Assembly: GCF_009914755.1 (NCBI RefSeq)
Contig: NC_060942.1
Reading direction: 5' to 3' (one strand)
Length of the DNA stretch: 64,000 bases
From: the human T2T-CHM13v2.0 reference genome, Homo sapiens
Shown: positions 14,250 to 29,344 of the stretch, piece by piece
Layout: each line of letters opens with the position of its first letter
Position numbering within the stretch: the stretch's first letter is position 1
The notes under the pieces: generated by a model
What the model was told of the DNA's origin: nothing
Database searches by the model: none
The model's input: only the letters and a program-made list of their open reading frames with translations
Program-made: the position numbers and the translations under genes

Positions 14250-16240
14250 CTTCACACCCACCAGGATAACAGGAATCAAAAAGACAGACCATAGCAAGGA
14301 CTGAGAGGTTGCAGAGGAACTGGAACCTGCATGCACTGTGGGTGGGATTGGAACAGGGTGCAGCCACTCTAGAGAACAGTCTAAGCGTTCCTGAAAAAAT
14401 TGAACATGGAATTACCATATGCCCCGCCCGAGAGACATGAGAACAAAGACCCGTATGTTAATGTTCACAGCAGTGTTAGAGCCGGGAAGTGGAGGCAGTC
14501 CAAATGTCTATCAGCTATCAAACAAGAAATAAAATGTAGTCTGTTCGCACACATGGAGCATCATACAGTCACAAATGGCAGGAAGGAGCCACGTCTATGA
14601 TGGCATCGAGGCACCTTTGAAACCTTTTGCTCAGTGGAAGAAGGCAGGTGCAGAAGGCAACCTGCATGCCTGTGTGATTCCATTGCCATGACATTTCCAG
14701 AGCAGACAGACCCATGGAGACAGAGAGCAGAGCAGCAGGTACCAGGGTCTGAGGAGTGATCCCCAGTAGGTAGAAGGTCAGGGGTGGTGGAGTGATCCCC
14801 AGCAGGTAGAAGGTCAGGGGCTGAGGAGTGATCCCCAGCAGGTAGAAGGTCAGGGGCTGAGGAGTGATCCCCAGCAGGTAGAAGGTCAGAGGCTGAGGAG
14901 TGATCCCCAGCAGGTAGAAGGTCAGGGGCTGAGGAGTGATCCCCAGCAGGTAGAAGGTCAGGGGCTGAGGAGTGATCCCCAGCAGGTAGAAGGTCAGGGG
15001 CTGAGGAGTGATCCCCAGCAGGTAGAAGGTCAGGGGTGGAGGAGTGATCCCCAGCAGGTAGAAGGTCAGGGGCTGAGGAGTGATCCCCAGCAGGTAGAAG
15101 GTCAGGGGCTGAGGAGTGATCCCCAGCAGGTAGAAGGTCAGAGGCTGAGGAGTGATCCCCAGCAGGTAGAAGGTCAGGGGCTGAGGAGTGATCCCCAGCA
15201 GGTAGAAGGTCAGGGGCTGAGGAGTGATCCCCAGCAGGTAGAAGGTCAGGGGCTGAGGAGTGATCCCCAGCAGGTAGAAGGTCAGGGGTGGAGGAGTGAT
15301 CCCCAGCAGGTAGAAGGTCAGGGGCTGAGGAGTGATCCCCAGCAGGTAGAAGGTCAGGGGCTGAGTAGTGATCCTCCGCAGGTAGAAGGTCAGGGGCTGA
15401 GGAGTGATCCCCAGCAGGTAGAAGGTCAGGGGCTGAGGAGTGATCCTCCGCAGGTAGAAGGTCAGGGGCTGAGGAGTGATCCCCAGCAGGTAGAAGGTCA
15501 GGGGTGGAGGAGTGATCTCCAGCAGGTAGAAGGTCAGGGGTTGAGGAGTGATCCCCAGCAGGTAGAAGGTCAGGGGCTGAGGAGTGATCCCCAGCAGGTA
15601 GAAGGTCAGGGGCTGAGGAGTGATCCCCAGCAGGTAGAAGGTCAGGGGCGGAGGAGTGATCCCCAGCAGGTAGAAGGTCAGGGATGGAGGAGTGATCCCC
15701 AGCAGGTAGAAGGTCAGGGGTTGAGGAGTGATCCCCAGCAGGTAGAAGGTCAGGGGCTGAGGACTGATCCCCAGCAGGTAGAAGGTCAGGGGCTGAGGAG
15801 TGATCCCCAGCAGGTAGAAGGTCAGGGGCGGAGGAGTGATCCCCAGCAGGTAGAAGGTCAGGGGTGGAGGAGTGATCTCCAGCAGGTAGAAGGTCAGGGG
15901 TTGAGGAGTGATCCCCAGCAGGTAGAAGGTCAGGGGTGGAGGAGTGATCTCCAGCAGGTAGAAGGTCAGGGGTGGTGGAGTGATCCCCAGCAGGTAGAAG
16001 GTCAGGGGCTGAGGAGTGATCCCCAGCAGGTAGAAGGTCAGGGGCTGAGGACTGATCCCCAGCAGGTAGAAGGTCAGGGGCGGAGGAGTGATCCCCAGCA
16101 GGTAGAAGGTTTCTCTTAGGGGATGAAAATGTTTTGAAATAGATTATCGTGTTGGTTACGCAACTCTGTGAATATGCTGAAATCAATTCAATTGTACATT
16201 GTAAATGGGTGAATAGTGTCTCCATAAAGCTATTTAAACA
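14250..16240 (+). mobile_element. Old L1M 3' end split by a VNTR
   Basis: L1M 3' segments before the VNTR (ggaactggaacc..atgcactg, tgtgtgattccatt) and after it (ggggatgaaaatgttttgaaataga...aattgtaca..taaatgggtgaat). Confidence 0.7.
14743..16110. repeat. 36-bp VNTR, about 38 copies (CAGGGGCTGAGGAGTGATCCCCAGCAGGTAGAAGGT)
   Basis: Near-perfect tandem array; 12-aa periodicity in the ORF track. Confidence 0.98.
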
Positions 16241-17140
16241 AAAGAAGATGCAAAGTGAGTGTAGGTTCCATGACTATTGAATGAGTAGAAAATTAAGATT
16301 CTTCACAAAGACAAAGCAAATTCATAGGTTAAAAAACTAAAATCTTAGAAAGTGTTAGGAATACTGATTCAATTTCTGAAAGTATGGGTATGAAAGCTGC
16401 TCAATTCTAATTCCACAGACAGTGGAAATATGAGCCTAAAACCCCACTGTTGCTGATCAGCATGTGGGCCAGACAGACAGGGAGGCATGTGGAGAAGAGG
16501 CAGGAAGAAGGGTGGAGAGGCATGAGAGAGCCTCTTTCCCTGGTGATAATACATCTTGCAGCAGAGACTCAAGTCCTTGCTGTGGAAGGGTGAGAATAGG
16601 GACAGACCGTAGCCGCCATGAGGAGGCGGAGCTGGCGTGTGTGCGCCTCATCATGCACAGTACGGGGCTTGCAGCACTGGGAAGGGCATCACCGTTTTGC
16701 TGATTAAAATTAAGAAGTCAGAATATACAACTATGCGTTCAGAATGTTTGGAAAATTGCCTTATGAGTAATAACTAGAACAGATTTGTAGCCCAAAGAAG
16801 ACAGAACAGAATAAATAAATGTGTGTTGATAATTGAGGAGGAGCTATGCTGGCTGCAGAGCTGACCAAGGGTGGCAAGCAACTTTTACTTTAAAATTGCC
16901 TGAAAGCAGGAGTCTCTTGTCTAGGCTTCTAGAAGCAGAAGAATTCTACCACTTTATGGCTCAGGAACAACCAGTAATGTCATTCATCTTTTTTTCCTTG
17001 AGAGTTGGCTGTGACCGTGTCCTGACAAGGCACAAACTTCCAGGATCATGGGACTAGATCTCGTGTCCTGAAGGCACTTCTCATGTCTGTGTGCAGATGT
17101 GGGAACCACTTTCCTGGGGAAGGAAAGATATACACAGAAG

Positions 17141-17780
<640 letters not shown>

Positions 17781-20700
17781 TCAGTGGGCTCAGCTGAGGT
17801 TGTCCAGGGGACAGATATAAACATCCCCTGATACGGTGACCTCAGGAACAAGAAAGCCTAAATGTGCCAGCAGATTCATGGTATTCGACAAAGTATAAGC
17901 CACGGCTAGACTTCAAGGAAAACAAGCTTGCTTATTTAAAACTTTAGTTACATAGGCATTTTTCTTTTTGTTGTTTAGTCAAGATACTAACTTACTCTAA
18001 CCAAAATATACTAATTTAGCAATTATGACACGTCATTAGCCATGTAAGAACCTAAAGGATGGTGAAAAAGTAGCCAAAACGATGAAAGTGGTTTTTTTAA
18101 ACATGGGAAGTTGAGAACATGGATCACTCATCTCCCCTCAGACTCTGCGGATCACAGGTTGGCTTTCCGTCTTTCTCTACAGTCCGTCGCCTTCCTATCT
18201 CCAGATAAGTATCAGGGATGCCACCGTGATGGGACAGCCCTGCATCGCAGCCAGTACACGTTCCTCTCTGTCACCATCACCGGAGCTTCTGTGTTTCATT
18301 GAGCCTTTCGTGAGAATCTCTGTCCCCGGTGTGGCTGGGCGCACTTGCACGCAGCCATGCAGCCTTCCCTCGTGGCAGGCTTTTGCTGTCAAACCCGTAA
18401 TGCCTTCTGTTCCCGAGACCTCTCTGAGTAACTCCGTGTGCCTGCCGCCTTCCCTCCAGTCATTCCCATGCACAGCGTTGAGACCGGTCTGCTCACGCGC
18501 CTTCGCCGAGGTGCCTTCACAGAGGTGCCTTCGCGGAGGTGCTGGTCTTGGCTTCCCTGCTTGGGTTCAACCAGTGCCCCATCCAAATGCTCTTCCGGCC
18601 ACATCAGTAATTCATGATGGTGGGTACATGTGGATTGGGTGGTGCCTTCTATGGACTGGCATAAAGGGATCATTTACTTTTTCCTAAATGCAGTTATATT
18701 ACTGTGTGAAATTTCTGTAGTCACTCCGTTACTTTTATAATTATTCAGAGCATTTTGTTCAGCAAGGCTGCGCCAAGCTTGTATGGAGCTGCATCCTGGC
18801 ACTCGCTCGTTTGCTTCTTCTGTGCTCTTCCCTAGCCTGACATCCCTTGGCTGCCCTCACCCCAGACCAGGGGTCCCCAGCTGCCCATTGGCACGCGGGA
18901 CTCCCATGTGTCTTCTGGGTGGGCATCCCTCTCCGTGTTTTCGCAGGTTCTGAGTAGCAGGCTTTATCTTCCTTACGCCACATCTGCCTTCTTTTCAGGG
19001 GCTCACGAGCGTCGCCTGCTGAGCGAACCTTGGCTGTGTGGGAAGATGGTGCGGGGAGCTACTGGTCAAGTGGGAGGAGGGGAGTAAAACACATCTGTAG
19101 GAATATTGGTCCTTAAAACTATATTAGTGGAAGTTTAAGTAGGAGCTAGTTTCCTATAGTTTAGCAAGGCCATGTCCCAAAGTTTAGATGGTATTTGCCT
19201 TTTTGGTACAATGTGAAATTACGATAAAGAACTTAAGTTCCTTCTTGTGAATCACATTGTCACTTCCCTCTTTTCAGAAAGTAATTGGCAAAGTCTCTGA
19301 AAATTGGGATCAGTTGAAGTATTAGATTTCAGAAAAGCTCCAGAATACAATGTCGTCATCGTATAGAGTTTTTCAACTTTGAGGAAATGTGGAAACCCAA
19401 GCTCCACTCTTCCCACTCCCTGTCAGCGCGCTGTTGGCTACACCTTTCTGTCAGTGGGCACGATTGTTAAGCTTCCTTTAGCCATCAGCCCTGTTACAGT
19501 TCATAGATTGTGTTGACTGATAGATACGTAAAAATCTCTGTAGCTAAACTCAGAACCACGTTTGGAATTGGGGTGTGTGTATGTGTCTCAGATCCATTTA
19601 TTTAGTAAAAGAGAATCTGAGCGAAGAGGCGTAGTTCCACAATCATAAGCAAATATGGGCATTTAGACTGACAAGACGATGAGTTGAGACTTGTAAGATT
19701 TATCAGTTGCTGTCTTCTTAACATTCTAGTGTGGGCTGTGAGACAAACACAGGTCATGAGCAACCGCTCTGTAAGAGGAAGCAAGCCCCCATATTCCTAT
19801 CAAGAAGGGGTCGAACACATTGTTTTTTCTGTTATGGCATTCTGGAAATTCTCAAAAATGTCATGTGATTATGTATTGAAAAAGAAGGATTTTCCTGCCA
19901 TAAGTATGAGAAACCTAGACTAGAGATTTTTCCCAAAGAAAACTGTATTTGAAGTTTTAAAAATACTGTATTACATATTTACCATATTACCTTATTCCAC
20001 ATTTTTTATTCAAAGTATCTGGGATTTTTTATTTTTAAGTTTTAATATAAGTCATAACACTTTTTGAATCTTAAATTGGGAATTCACAATAGAGATTTCA
20101 TTGACTCCAAGATTATTAAAAATTTAGAGAAACTATAGACATTGCTAACCTTACAGTTAAATTTTTTTACTTGTCTAAAATGTCTTTCTACTTGGGAAAT
20201 TGGACAATGATAAAAAATAGCAGAACATTAAATAACCTTTTAAAAATCCCTAAAACGTATTTTAAATCTGAAAATGAAAACAATAGACTTCATCATAATT
20301 TTTAAAGAGCTCTATTGATGCAATGTTTGCAAGTCCCTAAAGCCTCAGGAAAATCATCTAAATGGTTCATTATTTAGCTTATTGAACTTTGCTGCAGTTA
20401 GGTTGACGGATGATAGTAGTGTTTCCCGATCACCAAAGTACCGTTTTAAAAGCATTTTTTATCGAATAAAGTGCTTAGAATATTGCACCCTGGAGCTTTA
20501 TTTAGGGAAATGGTTCAATTGATGTTTTCTATTTAACCTCAGCTCTGACCTATCACAACATCTATGGTTAATAAGCAACATTATCATTTGAGAGACTTAA
20601 CTAGTTTCATCCACTGTGCACCCATACCATCCTCTTAAAACCCTGTTTGTGGCGCTGTGTCATCTCGGTCTTTAGGAAGGATGCAGTTTAGTAAGTAGAG

Positions 20701-23099
20701 TGCCCTAGTTTTAGTCGCTGATACACAGTTGCTGTTCTTCAGGAAATAAGCAGTCTTTGATTTTCATTTTTCCTGAAGGAGAAACAATCTTTCTCCTTAC
20801 CTACACATGTGCATAGATGAATCTGTATTATACAAATAATTGAATTCTGAGGAATTAATTTTAAATCCTTAAAGGTCCTGTGAGGCATAAGCAATTAAAC
20901 ACTTGAAGTGTGATGTGTCTTGTGTGGTATGTGTGGTGATACGATACTTGAAGGTAGATGTGATGGTGATTGTCAAAGTGTAAATAACTGATTTCGTATT
21001 CATAATGTGGAACCTACTTATGCCCCGGTCATTGTTTCTTATGATAAGTGATCAATATTTCATTTTCTCTAAGAGAGTAGAAAGTTCTGCTTGCCTATCA
21101 CTTGCTCTCCGCAGGCTCAGCATAGCAGGCTCTAGCTGAGCAAACGTTAAATGCTCTCTGGAAGTTCCCTCACAGAATTAAAATTCAGCCCTGTTTAACT
21201 GTTAGGGCATATGTCCAGTGCAGTCGCAGGACACCAGCACCGAACTAGTGGCATGAGCCCTCGGAGAAGGACAGAAGCTCGGTGGGCAGAGCCTCTGAGT
21301 GCAGAGGGTGTCAGCTCAAGCGCTGAAGGCGTGGGGTGGAAGGAACTTTGAAGACCGCCGGCTTCTTTTGGTCCAGAAAGAGTGACTGTGATTCTTAATG
21401 ACTGCTTATTCCTCTAGACTAGCTGTTTAGTAGTCTCATTCTTTTCCCTCTGTGGCTGTGTTTTCTCATGTTGGTAAGTTCCGTATTTAAATAGTATTTC
21501 AGAATGTAGCTGTCATCGCCTGACTCCAGTATTTATTTGCAAGAATCAGCTATAATTAATGACAGAGCACAAGTGGGTTATTAATAGTATTGCTTTTGGG
21601 TTTACAGAAGTAGGCACTAATGCATGAGGCGTGCTGTATTTTTTAATTCATTTTATCGTGTGTGCCTATTGAAGCAAGACTAATTGTGGGGTTTTGTCAG
21701 ATATATTTGTGAGGAGCAAATCATTGTCAGTGACATAAAGCCTTCACACTGTGACCTTCAGGACCAATAGAGAATAAATACTACGTAGCCTATCTGTGAA
21801 TATTGATTAGCAGCTTTTTCAGATGATCAAATTGCATCTTATGTTAATAATTCCATTAAAATATAGAGATGATTATAATAACCACAATCAAAAATGATGA
21901 AATCTCAGTGATTAAATTATGATGTACAAAGTGCATGGTAAGAAAATGTATATTTTTACAGTGTAGCGGGTAGCTGCCTGTGTGAATTGCTAATATGATA
22001 AAGGAAATTTCTTCCTAGCTTTTAAGAACAGTAGCACAGAAATTTCTGAATAATGGAATTATAGAGAATTATTAATGGTAAGAATTGCCCCGTATTTTGT
22101 ATTCTCTCATATGATATTACTTCTGGCTGTGCTACTCTTGGGTCTGTTTCTCAGAGTGGTTATTTAGCATGGAGAAGTGCAAGTGTGTAAACAAATCGCC
22201 TGTGGCAGAGATTACTTAACTGTGTTGCTAAGCAGCCTGTGCATGAGATTCAGCTCAGGTTCCCACTTACATATATTTTTTTGCATTCACATCTTAGTTA
22301 TTTTTTGCCTTTGAATTGTCAAGAATCACATTATTAGAGATTTTTGACAGCTCAGTATCAGAGAACTAGTCATTTGAAGTGTACTAAGCCTTTAAATTCT
22401 GGTCTTTCTGCATTTCAGAGAAAAATATCTTAGGGATTACTTCCTATCATAATGTCAGGCAGCAGTTAATTCCATATTAATATAGAAGCACACGAGGAGT
22501 ACTTGATAAACTACTCTGCCAGTTTTTTATTGAATACGGACACAATCGCTTTGAAAGAGAAAATCAAGTGATGACATCGGAAACAGGATTATTAGAGAGC
22601 TCCTGACTGAGTAAAGAAAAATCTAAATGACAAATGGCCGGTCGTGCAGGTGGAGATTGCGTTCTGTGGTTGCCTGCGCCATCCCTGAGAGCATCCAGAG
22701 AAAACAGGGAAAAATGTCCACTGCAACCTTCCACCCGCCGCCTGAATGTGAGGGCTGCAGCCACGTGTCACCTGCTGCTGTGGAGACAGAATCTGAGCCG
22801 CACACCTGAGAATTTCCATCCACCCCTCAGCAGCCTTCTTCCCATGTCTGTCCTGTTGGCAGCTAACATGTTTAGTATACAGTCCAACCAAAGACTGCAA
22901 ATAATAACCTCAAAGAAGCTGTGGCAAAGAGGGCAGAGATCAAAGTGGTCTCTGTGGGAAAGTAGCTCTTGCAGGGATCCACCTCCCAAATGTGGTCAGC
23001 AGTAGCAGTGACCTCAGGACAGCAGCCCCACCGCAGCGCAGCCAACACGTCAGAGAGCACCTGGTACCCTCACCAGATGCCATGTGCATCAAGAGAAAG

Positions 23100-25030
23100 A
23101 AATGAACATATGTTAACTTGGCATCAAACTAAAAACTCAGTAAGAAGAAGAACAAAACCAAAGGAAAGTGGGAGGAAGAAAAAGTAAAGGAAAACATACA
23201 AGTAATGATTGAGTAAGCAGTAATTCAAAAGCTGATTCTTTGAAAGGTTAAATGAAATCGGAAGATTATTGGCAAAACATAGTAAATACAAAACAGCGAA
23301 TGTAAACTAAGTTCACACATATGAAACTATCCATATGTAAGAGTGTATAATAAACAAGTAGGCTTAAATGTTTATAAGAGAATATGAAATACAGCTCAAA
23401 TGCTTATGTTTTCAAAGACAGTAAAATAAGTGTTTTCTAGAGAAATATAAATTTCAAAATTGACTCCATATAAATCTGAGTAGACGAGAAAAGAAATTTA
23501 GAAAAATCACCCAAAATGGCTTTTGACCAGTTTTATAGGTCAGTTGTTTTGAGGCACAAATAAATCATATACTGTAAGAACTTTTCTTGAGCAAGAAAAA
23601 GTTTGGCAATGATGTCTAAGGACACAAAAAAAGCAGAAGTTCTGAAAAAAATGATAAATTGAATATCAGAGTAAAACTTATTTTTTTCAAAAGACATTTA
23701 TTAAGAAAATAAAGACAAATTAGGATTTCAACATAAATTTGAAAAAAGAAAATAAAGATAAGCCAGAGACTTGTAGGAAATGTTTGCAGAATACTTACCT
23801 GATAAGTGACTAGTATGCTGAATATATAAAGAATTCTCAAAACTCAGTAATGAGGAAACATCACCTGAATTTAAACATTGGCAAAAGATTTGAACAGCTA
23901 CATCACCAAAAGAGATATGAATATTGACTGTAAAATACCATAAAAGTAGTGATTTGTGGGGTCTAATATAGAAAAAATATTAAGATACATGATGATAATA
24001 GCCAAAAGTCAAGAGGCGATTGATGTCAATGGGAGTAAATTACTCTAAGGTCCTTAGAGTACAGGTAAAGGTGCTGATTTACTTAGACTTTGGTAAGTTC
24101 AGGATTATGCTGGCAGCAGTGGGATGACTGCCAAAGAGCAGTAAAAGAGCATGTACCTCTCCGGGGTGGTGGAAACATGGCCATTGCATGGTAGAATGCA
24201 CACAGGGCTCCTTGCAGAAATGGCTGATTCTAGAACCAAGGCAGGAAATACCCAGACTGAGCCTGGAGCATCTGGTACTGCCAGGAAGTAAGGAATTGCT
24301 CAAAGCCAGCAAACAAACAGAAAAAGCTGCCTGCATGGCAGGGGATGTGTCGGAGGGACACAGAAGCCAACTGGAAAAGCTCCCTGTGGTGAATGCTGGA
24401 ACAGCATGAGCAGCAAAGTCAGTTGTACTGGATTATAGCCCATAGTATGAAACAAATAATGCATGAGTCCAAACTGATATGAATAAATAAATGAATGGGA
24501 GAGAAAGACAGATCGCCCATGCAGAAGGATTCCTGTGCAAAAGGATCATGTATGTAGCTACTGAACCCGCAGGTTGGGGAGCATAATTCCTCTTCCTTTA
24601 GGTGTGGGCTACACACGATGACTTCGTCCCAAAGAGCATGGTGTGAAAAGGGGAAAGGAAGAGTAGCTTGACGACCTCAGTCAGGTGAGTAGGGTCAGCA
24701 TCAGCAGTGAAAAGTCGTGTTGCTAGATGCAGCCCCCACAGGATGTGGTCAACAGCACCTCACCTTCATGGTCTTCCTCCCCAGCCCCACAGCCCCAGTC
24801 TACTCGTGAGAAAATCATCAGACAAATAAAACTGAGCGATACTTAACAAAATACCCGACCAGTACTTCTCAAAACTGTGGAGGTCATCAAAAACTAGGCA
24901 GGTCCAAGAAACTGTAGCAGCCAAGAGAAGACATGAAAACTAAATGTGACATCCCGGATGGGACCTGGGACAAGACAAGGACTTGAGGTAGGAATGAAGG
25001 ATGTCTGAATCAAGTATGGATTTAAGCTTT
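23100..25030 (+). mobile_element. Several old L1M fragments
   Basis: A-rich L1-like segments (gctgattctttgaaa, ttggcaaaagatttgaacag..catcaccaaaa; gagcctggagcatct; ccagtacttctcaaaactgt..aggtcatcaaaaac). Confidence 0.55.
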
Positions 25031-25725
25031 TAAAAATGGAACCTGCTGCTTGCTCAGATTTTATTGACAACTTGAAGAAACACTGTGTATATGCACCTTT
25101 CAGAAAATTACCAAATAAAAGTTCAGATATGTTTTAAGTGCTTTGTCTTTTTTTGTGGTTATTTTACAACAGTGGTTTAGCCAGTTTCTTCTTTGTGGTA
25201 TCTGGCCTTTAGTATTTATCTTGTAATTGTATGGAAGACACAGGGTCACTGCAGGATAGCATGACTTCAGATCCCACTGTAGATCACCCAGTAATATTTC
25301 CTCTGCAGAACGAGGTGACCACTCTGGGTGGTGTGGTCTTCCTTTAACTCGTGTCCTTGTGAAATTAGAAAAATGTTAAAAATGTTAGGGAAGAAAAGTG
25401 TGTTTCTGGGCACAGGGTCATCATGACCAGCTGTGTGGTATTCTGGTGAGTGCCAGCATCTCGGCCACCCATTTCATTCACACCTGGTTGTGCCTTCACT
25501 GGAGGGTCTTGGATGTTCTGGGACCTGCAGTGGAAGGAAGCAAGAAAGGGCTTCTCGGCTTCACTTTCAGGCAAGTTGGAGACCCATGTCAGACACTAAA
25601 AATAAAAGTTGAGGAACAAACATTTTAGCACTGTTAAATATTGTCTCTTGTTAAAGACACGTAAGCTGCCTTCCAGAAGTGCTTCAATAAGAAAATAAAA
25701 TGCCCTTGTATATGTAGTGTTTGAA

Positions 25726-25942
25726 ATGTGAGTGAATAGAGAGGGAACAGTTCCCTAGGGGTCCCTGCCTCTCCTGGCTAATGTGAGTGAATAGAGGAGG
25801 GGCCCCCTCCTCTCCTGGCTAACGTGAGTGAATAGGGAGGGAACACTGAACAGTTCCATAGGGGCCCCCGCCTCTCCTGGCTAACGTGAGTGAATAGAGG
25901 GAACACTGAACAGTTCCTTCCGTAGGGGTCCCTGCTTCTCTG
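25726..25942. repeat. Degenerate 45-60 bp tandem repeat, about 4 copies
   Basis: Recurrent gtgagtgaataga...cctctcctggctaa. Confidence 0.85.
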
Positions 25943-27143
25943 GCTTGCGTTGTCCTCCTCATTGTTTCCTTCCCTACGTCTCCACTTAACATGACAAGTC
26001 CTGTGGCTGGAATCACTGTCCTCAGTGTCTCTCCCACGTTGATAGCACAAAAAGATTTAAGGAAACCGGCCTGAAGAATATCTGTACCGTATATCCATTT
26101 CATTTATTGCCAGAATTTAGTTTCTAGTTCCTCGGGATTAAACTGATTGTAGAGGTGATGCATGTATGTGATTCTCCATGTAAATAAATCTAAAATAAAG
26201 TCCTGAAGCAAATATTGCCATGACTTCTGCATCTACAGAGCTTGGCTTACAGGAGTACTCTTTGATTTAATTAATTTATTATTAACCTATTTACTTCTTT
26301 CAGGTGATTTGCATTTTATATGCAAATAAATGGTTGAGAGGCACACTAGTAACTTCAGGGAGAGAGCGACTCTCTTTAAACTCAGAGCCCAGATTGCTCT
26401 GCAGCAGCCCTGTGCTCACCAGGCTGTCCAGGCCCTGGAGAGTCCTGACACGGAGTGCCGAGAACGTGCCCATTTATGGTTTTGCCTGTGTCTTCAGAAT
26501 TCCACTCAGCTTTCCACTTTTAAATCATTTTAAATAGGAGATCTTTTAGCTTTCATTTATTCAAGAAATAAGTCGTTGTGCTTGTTCCTGAGTCTACATC
26601 GGTGAGCACAGTGCACCTGGACCTGTGTGGGGAACTGAGGTTCTGGGAGGGAAGGAGCCCGGACCTGGGAGTGTTGGTCCCTAGAATGCAGCGGAGGCGC
26701 AGTGCGAGTACGTCCTCTGCCAGGGGAAGGGGAGGGGCACACAGCACTCTGATCAGGTGGTCAGCAGGGCCTTTTGGAGACCTGGGGTTGAGCCGAAAGT
26801 AAGACTGCCTGGTGGAGAGTGATGGGGAGGGCCTGGCTGCGCGGCCGGCACTCCACACACACCAGGGGCATGAGAGGCCCAGGGCCAGGCCAGGGGGACA
26901 GTCAGAGAATGGGTCTCTAACAAATGTATTTGTCACTGAGCTAGCTGCCGTCAGTCTCCATAACTGTGTCTGTTGTTGGAAGATAAACCCCAGTCTTGCT
27001 TGGACAGCTTGATTCTGAAGTTGGGAGTTGTAATGACAGGTTGTCTTTACTGGATCTGCATATGGACCATCTGGTTGGCTGGCCATGCAGAACTCCCACC
27101 CCCCTCCAGCCCTCGTTGCTTGTAGAACCCTATCCCACTTCCT

Positions 27144-27346
27144 CGGGATGCTGTGGGTTTTACACTGGGAGGGAGCTTACATACTAGGAAACTCCGGGAT
27201 GCTGTGGGTTTTACGTTGGGAGGGAGCTTACATACTAGGAAACCTTGGGATGCTGTGGGTTTTATACTGGGAGGGAGCTTACACACTAGGAAACCTCCGG
27301 ATGCTGTGGGTTTTATGCGGGGAGGGAGCTTACATACTTTAGGAAA
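27144..27346. repeat. 51-bp tandem repeat, 4 copies
   Basis: gggatgctgtgggtttta..gggagggagcttacatactaggaaac repeated. Confidence 0.92.
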
Positions 27347-27685
27347 GTGTGTATATTTTAATCTCTCAAACATCTTTAGGAAGATAATAGACTCAAACTT
27401 ATCAATCCTTTACAATTTTCTTTTAATTTCTACATCTACTGTCCCTAGATGTAAGTTATTTCTAAGAGCCTTCTAAAAAGAACACCATGACTATATTTCA
27501 GATATACCAAGAGAATTCGCTAGGCTGCTTTCACCTAGTCAAATCCCCACACTTACGTGCTGCAGAGCTGCAGAGCATGAATTAAGATATGAAAGCTCAA
27601 AACCAAAACCGGAGAATCTGCCGTGTCCGTGGGAACCAGCCGTTCCTTTGATGTATCTTCAATAAGGAGGACCAGGTCTGCGTGA

Positions 27686-28009
<324 letters not shown>

Positions 28010-29344
28010 TAAAGCATCTATCATGAAAAATTTGGATATTCTTTTTTTCTGGTTGGCATTATATAGAGTTAATCTTCAAGATGATTACAAATTAAAAACA
28101 ATTGGATGGAATGCTGGGCTAGGTATAAGAAGCTAAACTGATTTTTGTTATAAGCTGCTCTTTGCTCAAATGGATTGTGAAACCAAGCATAAACTAAATA
28201 ATAAACAGATGTGAGTCACCAAATATAGAAAGCTCAGTCCTGACTGCAGTGGGGCACCAGTGAGATGACAGGGTGTTCACGGAAAGATGCAATTTACAGG
28301 TCAAAATGTAATCGTAACCTTTCACTGTGTAAATTGGAAATTAGCCTCAGGAGCGTTGGCATAATTTACAGCTTGTGGAGAAGAAGTTTTATTGGAGGAA
28401 GCAATGGTAGAGCTACACCCTCACTTCCCACTGGAGATGGTGATGCACAGGTGCCACCTCCCTCCCCTTCGATGGGTGGTAGTCCTGGCTGACCCCCACG
28501 TGCCTTTTTTGGTAATGTGGAGTGTATCACTGATGCCCTGAATTACAGGACTGCGTCATCCCTAGCACAATTTTAGACTCTTGGTGTACTTAGTAACATG
28601 CAGGAAAGTCGGAGAGGGAGAGTTCTAATTCAAGCCCCGTGGGTGACACCCTACTGAACGTTTAACACAGGCATGGAATTCCAGAGTTGTAGCGTCCATA
28701 GAACGGCAGTGCCGTCCAACCTCTAACCCAACGTCAGAATTGAGACAGCGAGTGTTGACATCTGCCACCATTGCTGCACGGCACACCATCCCAAATGTGG
28801 GGCACAGAACCATTCCGACATTCTCCTGGCCGCACCCTCGGGGCACGGTCAGGCAGCTTCCATCAGTAGGAGAGGGTTCTGACCCGGATTCCACCCCAGG
28901 CAGGGGCAGTGGGGCCAAGTGGCTTCAGCCCTGGCCACATCAGCACTTCCTCAGTGAGTATGTCCTTTACTGATTTCTAACAAAGCATGAAAATTACAAG
29001 CAAAGAATTTCCAGACAGCAGTTTCTCACAGTATTTGGCACACATTAAGCATTGGATTTGCTCCTATTTGTGTAATTTATGTTCTTACTAAGATTCTTAA
29101 GCAAAACAGACCAAAGTCAAAATTTGCTAATTTCATTTATTTTCAGCAAAAGGAAGACACATCAATCATGTTTGAGAGTGGGAAGCTTCAGGTTTATAAA
29201 GGTCAAATTCTAGGTGCCTCCCAGAGCAGAATGTTCTCAACATGCAGCAAAGTTAAATATGGTACTTCAGACAGAGTCAGACCGTCCTGAAATATGGTAG
29301 AGACTCGGGGCCTTTGATTTAGTCTTGCTTTATGTTTTATGTCT

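Noticed and set aside
26281-26310. Possible recursive splice site ttacttctttcag|gtgatt mid-intron
   Set aside because: The regenerated donor GTGATT is weak and such motifs occur by chance
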